Positions 40,601-55,600 of a stretch of 64,000 bases of DNA are shown piece after piece. Within the stretch, counting starts at the first letter, position 1. Every line of letters begins with the position of its first letter. The translations under genes and the position numbers were made by a program. This stretch comes from Camelus ferus (taxonomy: Eukaryota), in the NCBI RefSeq assembly GCF_009834535.1, contig NC_045697.1, positions 118,484,001 through 118,548,000 on the forward strand, written 5' to 3'. Below the pieces are notes generated by a model. It searched no databases. It worked only from the letters and a program-made list of their open reading frames with translations, and had not been told where the DNA came from.

Positions 40601-43600
40601 CGAGCGGTGGGAGGCGCCCAGGCTCCGGCTCCTGTGTCACCATTTCAGCAGCTATGTGGTTGCTGCCTGAGAGCTTCAAGTGGAAACATTAGGGTAAACA
40701 TTTTAAAAGTTTCAAGTACTGTCACTTGTATACGAATCAATAAACAGTACTTTGCCATGTCTGCATGAAAAGGAAATTGGTCCAGTGTGTGTCTATTCTA
40801 CATTTCAACCTATAACTCAGCTCTAAATATATATCTCACTCCAAATGGATTTTTGTTGGCCTTAATAAAAGGATTAATCTTGAGCTACTGGAGTATTTGC
40901 TTCCTATTTTTGTATGAACAGCAAATCTTCATTTACAAGAAAAATGTTCATTCATTTCCAGACACACATTGTATCTGTGCCGATAGCATCATTAAGAAAT
41001 GACATGTGATCTCTGCCCTCTTGAAACTTACAGCCCAGCCCAACAAACAAGCAATGAACACAGTGTGAGAACTACTGTGTCTGGGGAAATAGGATGTCCT
41101 CTGAAAACACGAGACGTATCAGTCCCCAGACTCAAACGGGGCTGAGAACAGAGAGAGGGGTGGAGCCTTCCTGGAAGAAGCAATTTGACCAGCAGGATGA
41201 CGAGGACTGATCTAGATGAAAAGGAGCAGGAACAGTGTTCCAAAAAAGGGAAGAGCAGGTGCAGAAGCTCAGAGGAGAGAGAGAGAGAGCATGCAAGACT
41301 GGAAAAAAAAAAAAGATTCTAAAGCAGTTCTGTTCGGCTGGGCTGGAGGAGAGAAAGATGGAGACATAAGTAGTTTCAATTATTTTAAATACTTTTTACA
41401 ATTTCAGTGAGCAATTGGGAATCACTGAAGGGTTTAGGCAAGTGATATGATGAGATATATTTACATTTCAGAAAAATCTCTAGTTCTAGAATGAAGAAGT
41501 CATTGGAGGGATTCGAAGAGAGGTGGGGAAACCCATCCTTTCTGTAGATACTGGAAGACTCTCCCACAGAAGTGCAGGGAAAACGAAGAAAAATGGTAGA
41601 ATTCTGAAAATTTAGTATTTAGGGAACAGACTCTAAGGATTTCATGACTGGGTAAAATCAGGTGGTGTGAGAGAAAAAAAGTGAAACATCTTTACAATAA
41701 GGCCCAGTTTATCCTACTTTTTAATGAAAGGCTGAAGTTCACCATTAAGAGTATTTGATTAATGTATGGAATGAAAAATGTCTATTTTAAAATGTGAGCC
41801 AGGATCTTAAAACAATTTATGAAGATCAGTTGCTTAAGTCAGAGTCACTTATACAGGATAAAAGTCCATTTAATATATTTGTAATTAGCCTAATCCTAAC
41901 ATAAATATGTACTTTTAAGAAAAGCAGTATTTTAATACATTCAGTTTGCCATTAATATATGCAATTTCAAAACCAGGAAAAAAAAACCTCGATTAAAAAT
42001 ATACAATATTGATGAAAACTTTACAGTTTCCTCATTGTTCACACTCACATGAAAAGACAAATAAAATAAAATCGTGTATAATTTAAAGCCATATTAGCTA
42101 AAACTGCCTGCTGACCTTGAGGAAAACAGACTTAAGAACTATTTAAGATAATGCTGGCATTAAAGCAAGTCACAAATGTCAGTCACATACACACTGTTAA
42201 ACTTTCTAGCAGTCATGTTTTAAAAAAGGAAAAACAAACAGCTGAAATTACTGTTAATGATATATTTGCTATCACTCCGTATTTCCAAAATAATATCTTT
42301 TCAACACATGATCAATACGGAATCTGCATGAACAACCCCGCATTCTGTTTGAAACCTGGTGTGTATTTCATGCCCGCGGCACCACCTTTCAAACGCTGGG
42401 CTGTTATGTGGAGGCCACCCCCCTGGGCAGCCGGCTCTAGAACCTGGAGCCACACACACCAGGAGGCTGCCTGCTCGGTCACCCCTCTGTGCCTTTGCAA
42501 ACTTAGCCGATGATCACAATGAGTAAAGGTTAAAAACATTTTAAAGCATTTGTACTGACTGTTTTGGTTACATAGATGTGACCATCAAGAGAACGTTAAA
42601 ATTAAGAGAGGAACTGTGGGTTGACACGTTGCTGAGAAGGTGACAAGAGTCAACAAAGCTACTTAATAATAGAACATGTAATCAAAAACCAAATCCCCAA
42701 ATACTTTTAAATCTCAAACTTAATTCATTTAAAATAACTAATGTCAGAGAAAGGCAAATATCCTATGATATCACTTACATGTGGAATCTAAGGAATAAAA
42801 ATAATAAATGTTATTCACAAACCAAAAACAGACTCAGACATAGAAAACAAGCTATGGTTACCAAAGGGGAAAGGGTTAGGGAGGGGTAAATTAGGAGTTG
42901 GGATTAACAGATACACACTACGGTATATAAAATAGATAAACAACAAGGACCTACTGTATAGCACAGGGAACTATATTCAATAGCTTGTAATAACATATAA
43001 TGAAAAAGAATCTGAAAAGAAAATGTATATATGTATGTGTATGTATAACTGAATCACTTTGCTGTACACCTGAAACTAACATTGTAAATCAACTACACTT
43101 CAGTAAATTTTTTTTAATTCATTTAAATGCAACCAGTTAAAGGTTAATTTGAATATCTCCTGGGGGTTACTTCCTTTGGAAGTGACCGCTCTTTTGGAGA
43201 CCAGGAGTTTGGTCAACTGCTAGCGGGGACTGCAAACCAGCTTCCCTCTTGATTTAATGCCATTTTAAGTTTATAAGAAAAAATGTCACTATGTAAACAA
43301 CAGACATTTTGATTAAACACCATAGTTCTTATTTTGGCTGTTAAATCAATAATGCAGCTGGACTGAAAGTAGTTTACATTCCATCCAAACTGGGCCCCAG
43401 TTCAGCTAGTATTGTTCCGACATCATTTTCCAGCAAGATTTGGTTCTTCTCAGTGGCCAGTTTAGAAATACCCTTCACATAATGTTCAGTGTGAACACGT
43501 TTCCAGAAGAGGGTCTAACAAATGCCTGTGCTTAAAATAGCACAGTCGATCCAAAAATAGTCTCCCATCTAATGTACAATTTACTAGTTAAAAAAAAAAA

Positions 43601-46600
43601 AAGGCAAGATAATTTTAACAAGACAAGAAGACAAAGGCCTTTGGCAACATTATTTATCTTTGACTTCACCTGAGACTAACTTTGGAGAATTTCCTGTTTT
43701 CCTTTCCTGAGAAGATGAACTAATACAGAACTCGGAGCAATGATCTCCAAATCTGAACTCTAGGTGCTTTAGCCAAAACAACGAGCTTCGGGCAGGACAT
43801 CACAGACACTGCTACACGATTTAATTACACAACACAAATTCAGATGACTTACAAATAGAAAGTACGCCCATATTATATACATAAAAGCCAATGACCAGCA
43901 GAAAGCAGCATTTAGAAAAAGGCAGTTGAACAGATCACAACAGGCCAGGTCGAGTTTTTCAGAGAACACAACAACTTGCGTATTCAGAGTCAGGAACCAA
44001 AAATTAAAGAAAACAATGCCAAAATGTATTCAAGACCATCCAAAAACTATTATTATTTTATGTGAATTAGAAAAAAATGTCACTGTGATTCCATTTCAGC
44101 AGAAAGACACTCATGCAGCTGGCTGGGCAAAAGTATTCCAGCATCTACAGGTAAGAATCCAAGACTCAGAATTTTTAGCCACAGGACCTCAAATTGCTCA
44201 CCTGGAGAAACTCTCTGACATTGGATCCCAGGACTCGCAGGATTGTATCGTAACCAGATTCTTGACAGAAGACAAAAAACATCTTCCCAAACATTTGGAG
44301 GATTTCTCCAGCATTGAGATCTATTTTATAGATTTGAGAGACAACAACAAAAACAAAACATATTAGAGGTGGAAAATTGTTAATGAGAGGAATGAAGGTA
44401 TGTATATAATTTAAAAATGTTAAATACCCTGTTTTTGTGCAGAGTGACCATCTAGCCAAGAACGTCCAATGAAGGTTTGTACTTATAAACAAAGCAATCA
44501 GTTTCTTAGCTCCTGTGACAAAATTTTGAGCTTTTTTTTAAACTTATATTTAAGGTAGAACTTATTTTTTCTGAAAATTACATAAAGATCTTGAAAATCA
44601 TCAAGAACACACATGCTATTTTGGTACAGAATGGCTTTTCCTTATGCATATGTAATAACTTGGTTGCATACAGTAAGCACCCAAAGATCCTGCTTTTTCC
44701 TTAATATTCAATTATTATGTCCCCAAATTAAAATTTTTTTTCTGTAATATCAATTTTAATCACTATCTTATTCAACACAGGTATGCAACAATTTATTTCA
44801 CAAATGTCAGCTTACTCAAAATAGAGGCTCTTTCCAATTCTTTAAAATGTAAGTTACTCTGAAATGGAAACACTCATACATCTTAATGCACATAAATCTA
44901 ATACTTTCTTTAGGAAAAATTTCTAAAGGATTTCAACATTTTTAAAAAAGATTTTGACTGATGACGCAAAATTATTCTCCAAAAAAGTTGTCTTATTTTG
45001 CCATCAGATTTTAAAGTGTGAGTTTCCCCTTTAACTCTCCCCTTGACTATTTCATTTTTTAATTGCCAAATTTATATAAAATTATTTTACATTTGTGTCA
45101 ATGTTGAGTACTAATGAGGCTGGATGTTTTTCTTATTATTAACAATTTACCATACTCTTCCATAATTCTTGTAGTTTAGTCTGCAAAAGGTGGTGTTCGC
45201 TCTTCCAAGTGTATCTGAGAAAGCTGAAAAGCTGCTTTCTATTCTATCCAAACTGTAGCCCAGTTATAAATGAAGCACTATGAGAATAAGAGATATTACC
45301 TTAAGAACAACTTTTTTCCATAAAGCTTTTTTTTTTTTTTTTTGCAGGGTGGGCGACTTGCCTTCTTTGCATGAGTTTTGACTGATACAGATCTCTGTTC
45401 TTGTTTTTCTTACCAATACCCAAGAAAACTTGTGATTACAGAAAAGATTTGGAGAAAATATTTTCTGTATACTACACTTGTAATTCCTAGGCCATTGACA
45501 CTGCAATATTAAGTTATTACCACATTATTAGCTCATTACATTAAGTAACAACATTTTTTTCCTTCCTCAACACATGGCTTTTTGTAGGGAGGGGCAGAGA
45601 GCTCCTCTATTCTCCAAAGAGTTTGTAAGAGGAAAGATAGAACTCAGGGTAGCCTAGGCCTAACATTATATGTGAATATCCCCCACAACCAGGGTTGTGC
45701 AGTGCATAGCCTGCACAACCATACAACATTACCCTTTGTCTTGGACACCTACTTGTAGCTCAGCCAGAGAAGGAAAGTCACGTTCAACTTACTGAGGACT
45801 TTGCTTGCAGCAGCAACCAAATCATAAGTTTTAGAATCATCATATATGATTCGGACAAGAAACTGTCCTTCTTCGTCTAACTGTGCCTCTTTTCTAGAAA
45901 AACAAAAACAGCAGAGACAGGGGAAAGAGTTGAGATAAAAGAGCAGGGACTACAGCTCCAAGGATCACATAAAAATGGTTTTATATCTGAAACAGAATAT
46001 GCTTTTGGCACATTTGTTCACATCGATGACATGTACCTAAAAGTCTGGTGACTAAGAACATCTTATTTCACATCCCCGTCCCCAAACTAAAATGATACAT
46101 TTAAGTATGTCTTAGGAAGACTAACATGTGTGTGGTACTCTAATGCCCAGCACAATACCTGATAACAGCTGTAATCAAGAAATAACGTTTGGTAAATGAA
46201 TAGTCAGCAAACATTTGTTGAGTCCCTATGTGCGCCAGGTCCTCTTCTAGGCATGAGGGTTCCAGCCTTTAGTAAGATTAAGTGCCCGACCTCTTGGAAC
46301 AAATGCATTCTAGGAGGGGAGGCCGAAGAGGCATGAAACTAAGTCATATACACACAGATATAAGGGTGGGTGGTCTGGAGAAAAATTAAGCTGGGGAGGG
46401 GGAGGGATCTCATGTACAGGCGCAGGAAGCATCACTGAGAAGTTGCCAGTTGAGTCAAGTCTGAAGCCGCTCTGCGGGACCCGAGCCACCCGGACGGGCA
46501 GGACAGGCAGGTGTGTTCCGGGCGGAGGAAGAGCAGGTGCAGGAGGTCAGCCCGGGTGTTGGAGGAACAGAGGAGGAAGCAGAGGAGCCACAAGAGGAAG

Positions 46601-49600
46601 GATCAGAGGTAACCAGGGCCTGGTGCGAACGGGGTGATGCTTTCATGTACTTGGAAGAGATGAAGGTCCTGACACTTGTGATACAAGCGGTGAGATGAAC
46701 CGACCTCAGTGAAGGACGGACCTGCGGCTGCGCTGAGAATGGACCAGAGGCGCACAGGATGGAGCAGGGACGGAGCGAGGACAGAGCGAGGGCAGAGCAG
46801 GGAGACCAGCGGGGAGGCTACTGCGACATCCAGGAGAGAAATGTCGGTGATGGACTCCGGGTGGAGGCAGCTGGAGGGAGGGAGTGGCCCGGGTCCGGAT
46901 GTTTCCTGAAGGCAAGTTCAGCACGGTTTGCTGATGAACTGGACACAGGATGTGGGAGGAGGGAAGGACGCAAGGATGACACTGCAGTTCTGGCCTGAGC
47001 AGCTGAAGGATGCTGTCACCGGGAGCTGAACTGGCAAAGAGGGTCAGCCCCAGAGCTGTGGTTTACATGTCCTAAGTGTGAGGCGCGAGTGGACTGGTAA
47101 AATCTTGCAGCACATCCCTCAGCGTATTAAAGGCTCAGAACGCACACAGGATTAAAGAGGGGCAATCACAGTTCTCATTTCAGTAGCTGCCACGATTACA
47201 TGAGTATGTTTACTTTGGTGGGATCTGGATTCTTTTTCTCCAACAAGTGTCTGTGTTGTTCAAAGTACCGTCTGCTTCGGAAGAGCACTGACGGGCAGGG
47301 TCCCAGAGAGCTTGTCCAGCTTGAGACCCACGAATTCAGGATGCATCCATCTCCACCTCTGACTCCAAACCCAGCCATCCAAGCCCCCGGAGGCTCCAGG
47401 AGAACAAACACAAGTGACGGAAAAGCCCCCACCCGCCACCCAGGCGGACACAACCACCTTCTCCCCTCGGAGGCGCTGCTGTCACAGCTGCTGGGACACC
47501 CGGGGCTGGGACACCGGCGTCTGCTCGAGGGAACAACTCCAGGCGGCAGCACAGCTTAGGTGCAGGCGGGATGGAGACTTCTCCCAGACAGCCTGTGTCC
47601 TTCAGGACAGGCCACCTGTCTGCCTGCCAGGACGCGCCAGCGTGCACGTTGGGGGAAGAGGAGCGTGATTTTGGCGGGCACGGAGATGTGACCTTCAGAG
47701 CCCAGAATGTACCAGCCGATGAACTTGGGCAAGTCACACAGAGCCTGTGAGCATTAAAATCCCTCTTTTCTAAAATGGGAGCAGTCGCATAATCCAGCTC
47801 CCACAGCTGTAAAGAGGTGAAGCACATACTAAGCGCGACGGGTATTACCAAAGCCCACAGCACTTATGTTCACAGACTCAGAAACGCAAAGGGTGCATGT
47901 AGGTGTGAGGTTCTCGCTCTGGCTGAACAGACACAGCTGTTAAACGAAAGGAACACATCTCTAAGACTTCAAGTCTTTTTAAAGCCAAAAGTCAGTGAAA
48001 TAGCCCCAAATTATGAAGACAGAATGTACAAACACTGACTTGCCTTAAGACAAATGCTAGTGTGTATCTTACACGTTCTAATTTCTAACTGTATAAAAAT
48101 ATACAGTGTGGGAAAAGAAAACCTTTACAAAACCCTCCAGTGTCCTGAGATGACCACTGCTAATGTTATATTCAGGTTGCTGATACTTGAAATACTTGGA
48201 TACGTTACACACACCAGATCATACTCCTATGAAACCTCCTTTCTTGACTTCCTATTGGAAGTAAATGTCAGTAAATCGATTTCTATGCCTGGACTACATA
48301 GAATTGCCTCGGTTACACACATTGAAGTTTCAACAGGTATTAAATTGCTCTTACTTTTTCACAAGCACAAACAAAAGGTTGTGATGAATACCTCTGTAAC
48401 TAATATTTATATTTCTACGTAAAAAATAGGACACATTCCTAGAAATGGAATCGTTGAGTTGCAGGATTTGGAGGGCTTCATTTTTTTCTCCTTTTTGTCA
48501 CTAACATTTTATTAGGAAACAGCAATGGTCTACAGATTGGGATTTCGAAGCCTCTGATTTAGGGCATTCTCATAAAACATAAACCAATCTTAATTAAAGA
48601 TATAATGAAGTACAAATTAATTCATTGCTCTCACTGTGTCCTATCCTTTTTCTTCCAACTGGGGTAAATCAAACAACATAAATTTGTGTAACAGACTCAG
48701 TTTCTCAGAAACAGTCACCAATGAGCTACAAACAGAATACACAGTTCTTCTGCATGAAATAGAGAAATGGCCATCTCCCTAGGGACTCCCCCCCAACCAT
48801 AAGTCAGTGCGTCCCTCTCTTCTGTCTCCTGCTTTAATAAAATAAGCTCCCTTATCTTTTAAGCTTTACTTCCTGAAGTGTTCAGCCCAACATACCTCCT
48901 GGAGGGAGGCTGAAACAGAAATTAAACAGCACTACATGAAAGGAAATAACCATCTTCTCTTAAAAATTTCACACTGAAAACCAATGAATTATTCAAAAGA
49001 CTTAGAATTCCTTATTTACAGTTGTCTTGGGAAACTTTGAGTCACCTTTTAATTATCCTTCTTTTCCTCCTGGCGGGAGGGGGATGTTTTGCCGCAAATA
49101 CTTGAACAGCTATTATGCCCCAAGCACTTTTCAAAGCACTTTTACTGTATCAGTGAACAAAATAAAGATCTCTGCCTTCATAGAACTTACACTTCAGCTG
49201 GCAGAAATAAGCGACAGCATATATATATATAATTATATTTATGAATCATTATGTTTACATAACATACGTGCAAATTGCATAATTTACTCCAAGATGATAA
49301 ATGCTACAAAAGACAGCAGGGGAGGATACACGGTGAGACGAGGGGGTTGGAGGAGGAGGCGGGACACAAGGTTAAAGGCAGTGACAGCCGGCGGCTTCCT
49401 GAAGGAGTTAATGTTTGAGCAAAGACTCCAGGAGGCAGAATGACCCAATCTCTCTGGACCCACTTCACTTCTTTCTGTAGCCCATTCCTCCAATTCTTCC
49501 CTTTTCAGAGTGAAAGCTAATTGGAGATATTACACTTTATTGATGATCAGCTCACTCCATTCAGCTGAGCAGGGGAACTTACAGTGCAGAGAAGTAATAG

Positions 49601-52600
49601 CCAAAAAATTAATTTCAGGCAGTATTATTGTGATTAATGCCAGTAGACATTTTGAGCTAATAAACGCTTTCTTGGGGTCTCTTGATTCTCAATACAGCTT
49701 TTCTTCCAGCTTCCAGGAAAATTTAGGTTTGTTCAGACTTTGCGCTGGTTCAGCCTCCAGAGAGCACGGACACGTGATGACAGTAATCTCTCGGATATAT
49801 TTTTAACATACATCTGCCTCCATCCTTTCAGGGAAGCTCTACAGCCTTCCTTCCAACGTGACACAATTTCTTCTCTCCTTAGTGTTAAAAATGTCTCTCA
49901 CCAGCGACCTGAAGTCACAGAGGGTGACCACCACATGTAAGAGAGGTTGGGAAGGGAGCTGGTATTCTGGTTACATAAACAATGTCCACAGCTCACGCAC
50001 TCTGACCGCGTAATTCTCCATCCCTCACCTTCCCAACCCATAACTTTCAAGGACTTTTTCTTCTTAAAAGCAAAGTAAAGGATGAATCCAACATACAGAT
50101 ATAACACTTGTAACAATACTTGACTTATTTTCTTGATGTGTAGAATGCCTTTTGTGCTTAGACCATCCCAATTCAGTCAGGCACATGAACCAAGTCTTCT
50201 AGACTCATTCATTATTCAGAACATATTTTTGAGCATCAATTTTGTCTAAATTGTTGTACTACACCAGGAAATTATGTAATTTCCTGTAATTTAAATTATA
50301 TTTACATAGGAGGAGAACACAGGCTTCTCCAAGAAACATAGTTTAAAATTTCCCTGAAAAGAAAAAAACGACTTTGGACATAGGTTTGGTTTTCTTTCCA
50401 ATACTTTTTCGGTGACAAAAAATACCGTATCAAGCCATAGGCAAAACGGAGCACAGTGTATTCAACACTGTTCATCTACCAAATGGTAACCAATGGAACA
50501 GCCATCACCATATATTTGGCTGGTGTGACTGCATTCCATTGTTTCCCATTATTATTATAAAAATCCCTTGGAAAACCCCAAACAGACATAGTGTTGCACT
50601 ATTTCCAGATAGTATGACATACAGTAGTTTGTGTTATCTTCCCCTGTATACTTAATAACTGTGGTTTGGCAGGGGGGAGGCTAAGCATTAGAGTTTTCTA
50701 CTTGGCGCATCACTCAGTGATTCGAGGGGGAGGTGTGGGGGGAGGACCAGGAAGCAAGTGGAGGAAGAGGGGGAGGGGGACAACACAGCCTTGGTGGCTT
50801 TCACTTAGCATCAGAATAATTAACCTAAAGTTGCTCTCAATTTGTGGATTCGCTGATAGGATTCATTCAGATAGCCAAAATCAAACAACTTCTAGCCCTC
50901 CTGGGAGCTTTAAAAACAAAGTCCAAACCTTCACCTGGAGACAGAACCAGAAATAATCCTATTCTATATATCTGTAGCCAGAATAAGTGTTAAAAATTGA
51001 GGAGGCAGATGTGGACAATTTTCCCACTGACAATTCATCTCCCACTTGCTCTTAGAAATGGTTACTTGCTGGAATTGAAACTGATCATTTCTTTACACTA
51101 ATTACCTTTCCCCAAAAGGACAGTTGGCATTTTTCTCAGGGTGGGATTTTCTGGTTTTGTGGTTTCGCCATTTGTGTTTTTGATCACTGGTGCCTCACCT
51201 GGGTGCCCGGAATGGAGCCTGCACTCAGTGGATGTGTGCAAGTTTTAAAAGACATAAATGGATTAATTAAGTGTATTTCCTCACTAAAAATCAAACACTC
51301 AAACATCACTGGCAAAAAAAAAAACATAGTTTGTTTTCAAACTTAGGAATTTTTAAACTTACACCTAGATTTTAAAGTAGGTATACAAGTTGTCCGAAAT
51401 ACCCAGGCAGCATTCTTTATAACTCCGCATTGGGGAGATATCTTCCTTAGCTGCAAAATGTGAGCGTACAAAAACTGAATTCACGTTCTGACACTGAGCT
51501 CCTGCTACTGTGCGCCCCTCAAGTAAGCTTAGTACATGGCAAAGGCGCTGGCTGTGAGGTAAAGAAGCTTCCCGGGGAGGTAGGAAAACCGGTATCCTAG
51601 GATGGGAGAGTCTGAATACAAGCATCCTGAAAATGGAGCCTCAGAATAATGTCTGGTCTCAGGCAGACGAGGTCAGCGCAAATCAAACCACCACCCTGAC
51701 CAGTGACAGCTGCTCCTGCGAAAACCGCACTCACAGCCCAGGCTGTTTCAGAGACAGGATGCAGATGTCGCCTTGACGATAAATCCTAGGACAGTTCGTT
51801 TTAGTGAGGTCAGGACGGCACAGTCGTGGGGTGTGTCCAACCACTATTAAAGTTAAAACCTCCAACTGCAGTCTAAACACAGGTAACATATACACATAGT
51901 ATCAATATATATAAACATATATATTATATATATTATATATATAATGTGTATATAATATGAACATATACATAGTATGAACACAGGTAACAATTATAAGTAA
52001 CATCTAAAGATTAAAAATGTATATTGCTTTTTTTGGAGTAGTTGGGAAGCATTAATGGGCTCTCAGTTTTCAAGATCCCAACTCAAGGATTCCCCAGAAG
52101 TCTGAACCCGGAAGCAGGGAGCCGTCGAGGGGAGGAGCCTCTTCCAGGTGGTTCAGGTGCGTCTTCCTGGGTCCATGTCGTCACTCGTCCCAGCACTGTA
52201 CACAGTGACAGTGAATGCTCTCCCAAGCGAGCTGCATTTATGAAGAGTATCACTCTTGATACATAACTGCATTTTTTTCTGACTGTGTCCAACTTGTCTT
52301 ACTAATGAGACAGTCTCATTAGTAAATTGCCCCAGTTCTGGACACACAACCACCACAAACATCTCCAATGAGCCCTTTGCAGTCTCTTCATCGGACAAAT
52401 GATGTCCCTCTGCCTGGGGTGTGGGTCCACCTCTGTTAACTCGCCTCCCCAGCACATCGGCCACAGCGCCTCCAGAAATAAACACACTGCTCTTAATTTC
52501 TGAGGCTCTGATTCTCTTTAGTAGACGTTCTGTTTCTGAATAAAGCCACCTTTAAAGACGTAACAGCCACAAGCACCTGGACAAGAGCTTGAAAAGCACC

Positions 52601-55600
52601 GGAAAACCAAAGCAAAGAGCACGGTACTAACACACCTGTACGAAGCCCGCTTCCAGGCTACGCTGTCTTTGGAAAGGAGACAGTTATAAGTCCTTCTCGT
52701 GTGGGGATATCACATAACATCCATGTCCAAACCTCTGCTCTGATGATTAATAAATGAGTGGTTTGAGGCAGGGATTTAAAGTCTTGAAGCCCCAAGGAGG
52801 GTATAGCTCAGTGGCAGAGCATGTGTTCAGCAATGCACGAGGTCCTGGGTTCAATCCCCAGTACCTCCACTAAAAAATAAGTAAATCTAATTACCTCCTC
52901 CCCAAAACAAACAAAAAGAGGTGGAATAAAATCTTGAAGCCTCAGTTCCCTTACTTAATGAACAAATCTATTTTCTACAGTGGATTTGAGGACTCGGGGA
53001 GTTGGTGACTGTGGGACCACACGGTAAGTGTCAATTTCTACAACCTGCTACATTCAAAACAGAGAGGCCAGGTGAGCATTCTCATCTAGTTTTCAAATTG
53101 AAGTTCAGCATTTTACAAACCTTTATCTGCAGTCTGTGACGCTGACCTTAAACAGCACCACAGATAGCTGCCTTGCAGACACCTGCTAAAGGAGCCAGTC
53201 TTCTCCTGAATCCAATCCAGTAAGTGTCTTTGAGTGTATGAGATCAGGGGTCTGACAGCAGCATTTTGAATCCTTTTCTTACAACTACGTATGCACTCTG
53301 ACCCTTCCAAAAAGAGATGCTGTAACTTATTGCCATATCATCTGCCTTTGTTCATGTAAGAAATGCCCATTTCAATGGGGTTTCTAGTTTATTACATAGT
53401 AGTTGAAGATGTCACCGTTCTGACATAACAAATCCTGGCTACAGAAAAAAAAATATGTGTGGTGAATATATCTGTGCTCTATTCTCCAGAAACTAAAATG
53501 TGAAAGATAATTCACTTATACATATATGAATACGCAGAGGGGGGCTTTGTGCTGGTTGCAGAAGCTGCAGTTAAGGGAGACAAGACAGGCATTAATCACG
53601 CAATAAAATAGTTATAAACGCATGCATGTACTGTGAGGAAACAGCATAGTTCTGGAGGCGACAGAAGCCTTCCGTTAAGAAGTAAGACCTGTCCTGCCAG
53701 CTCAAAGCTGAGAACTGTTTCCACTGGAGGAAGGGTGGGGAGCATGGGGGAGAGGCCCTTCTGAGCACAGGTGTCACCCCCACGGGGAAGCTCAGCCTGG
53801 CCCAGGACCTGAAAACCTGCCCGCGAGGCTGGGTGCTGGGCACCGGTGGGGGTGTGGACGAAAGCTTCCTGTGTCTGGCTGATATGAAGACTGACCACAA
53901 AGAATTTCAACAAAGGAACAATTTACTATTTCGCGATCCAACACTAAGTGGCAAGTCGGTCAGAGTGTTCAGTACAACCAAGGACACGGTAACGAAAAGG
54001 AAGGATAAATCCATGGGAACGTTTATGTGTCCCCTGGAGAAGACACCGCTAACCTCATAGCTCTTGATATAGAAAAGATGCCCCACTTGCTGGACTTAAA
54101 CAAAGACATGTTCCCCCCACTGTTTCCTGGTTAATGAGCCGAGAGGCAGAGCAGCGAATAGAAAAGCTGCAAGTCCTCACTCAGGTCCTGGCTGTCAGCC
54201 TCCCAGCCGGGCGGGGCAATAGATTTCCCTAACGCGCTTTCCCAGTGATGTCTGCATGGTCTCGACTCCTAACTGGCTTTCCAACACACAGGAGAGAAGG
54301 ATGCACTTGAGTTTCCCATCCTGGAGAGAAGTGACAGGGTCAGAAGGACACTGTCCGCTGTGAGCAGGACGAGAGAACGGTCGGCGTTCGCCCTAAGGGG
54401 GTCTGGGAGTGAGGGAGGGAGAATGAGGATTTTCTGATTCCTCCTCCATCCCTGGTGCCCATTTTAACCTACAAAGCTTCTTTGACACCTGATTACATAA
54501 TATGCTTCTGTGAGCTTTCTCCTTTTTTTTTAACTTCAAAAGATGACAGAATTCAGTTAAAACAAAGACCACGCTTGGCTTCTGGGTGATATTTCGATCA
54601 TCAAAACAAGCCCTGAGACAAGGCTGCGAGCTGGCTCCCCACCTCAGCCACTGCTCATCACACGGCCGCGTTCTGTGTCCTATGTTCTGCACACAGAGCG
54701 CCCCGTGGGTCATGGGAAGGGGTCTGCCCTGGACACCAAGCCCCACCTGCACAGGTAACGTCGACCCTCAGTGAGCTTGTCAGCCCACACACTGTGCCTC
54801 CCGTCCTTCACGCTAACTGGCAGGTCTTCCTAGAGAAAAAGGTCCTGATCCTCACAATTATCTCATTTACTGACTTTTTTAACCTGTGTCTTCATTTGTT
54901 TGTTTTCTGAGGAAGTTTCTGGGAATGAAAATTAATACGGTTTCATTTTTGTATGTAAACTACATTGGCTCCTATTTCTTTCTCAAAAGTAGCAGCAACC
55001 CTGGCATCAGAAGAACAGGGTTGGATCACAAAAAGAATACATATGTATAACTGAATCACTTGGCTGTACACCTGAAACCAATATAACACTGTAAATCAAC
55101 TACGCCTCAATTAAAAAAAAAAAAATAAAGAGCAGAATTGGAGGTCTGATTCAACTTCCTGATATAATTCCTTAGAACAGTCCTTTAGCCTCTCGGGAAC
55201 ACAATTTCATCATTAAAGAAAAAAAAAAAGCATTGAGCTCCCTTATATATGAAAACTGAAAAGGAAAAACTCAGAACCACAGGACAGTGGCGGGTACCAG
55301 GGGCTGGGAGTATGTTGCTCGGAGGGTACAGATCACCAGCTACAAGACTAACAAGTTTGGGGACCAATGTTCTGCACGGCAGTTATAGAGAACACGGGAC
55401 CACATACTTAAAACTAGGAGAGTGGCTAGGAGAGCAGGTCTTCAGTGTTCTCACCACACACACATAAATTGTAACAGTGTGACGGGACGGAGGTGGTAGC
55501 TGATAATGTAATGGTACTCAGTTTGCAATGTACAAAAGTATCTCATCCACACATCAGACACCTTAAACTCACACAATGTTATGTGCCAATTCTAACTCAA

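Noticed and set aside
46513..46698. Acidic Glu-rich ORF
   Set aside because: Produced by the purine-rich strand of an L2 fragment.
52796..52870. tRNA-like sequences (also near 1.1, 9.2, 12.2, 12.4, 28.0, 32.4 and 55.9 kb)
   Set aside because: They are diverged, have A-rich tails and in most cases TSDs, so they are SINE heads, not tRNA genes.
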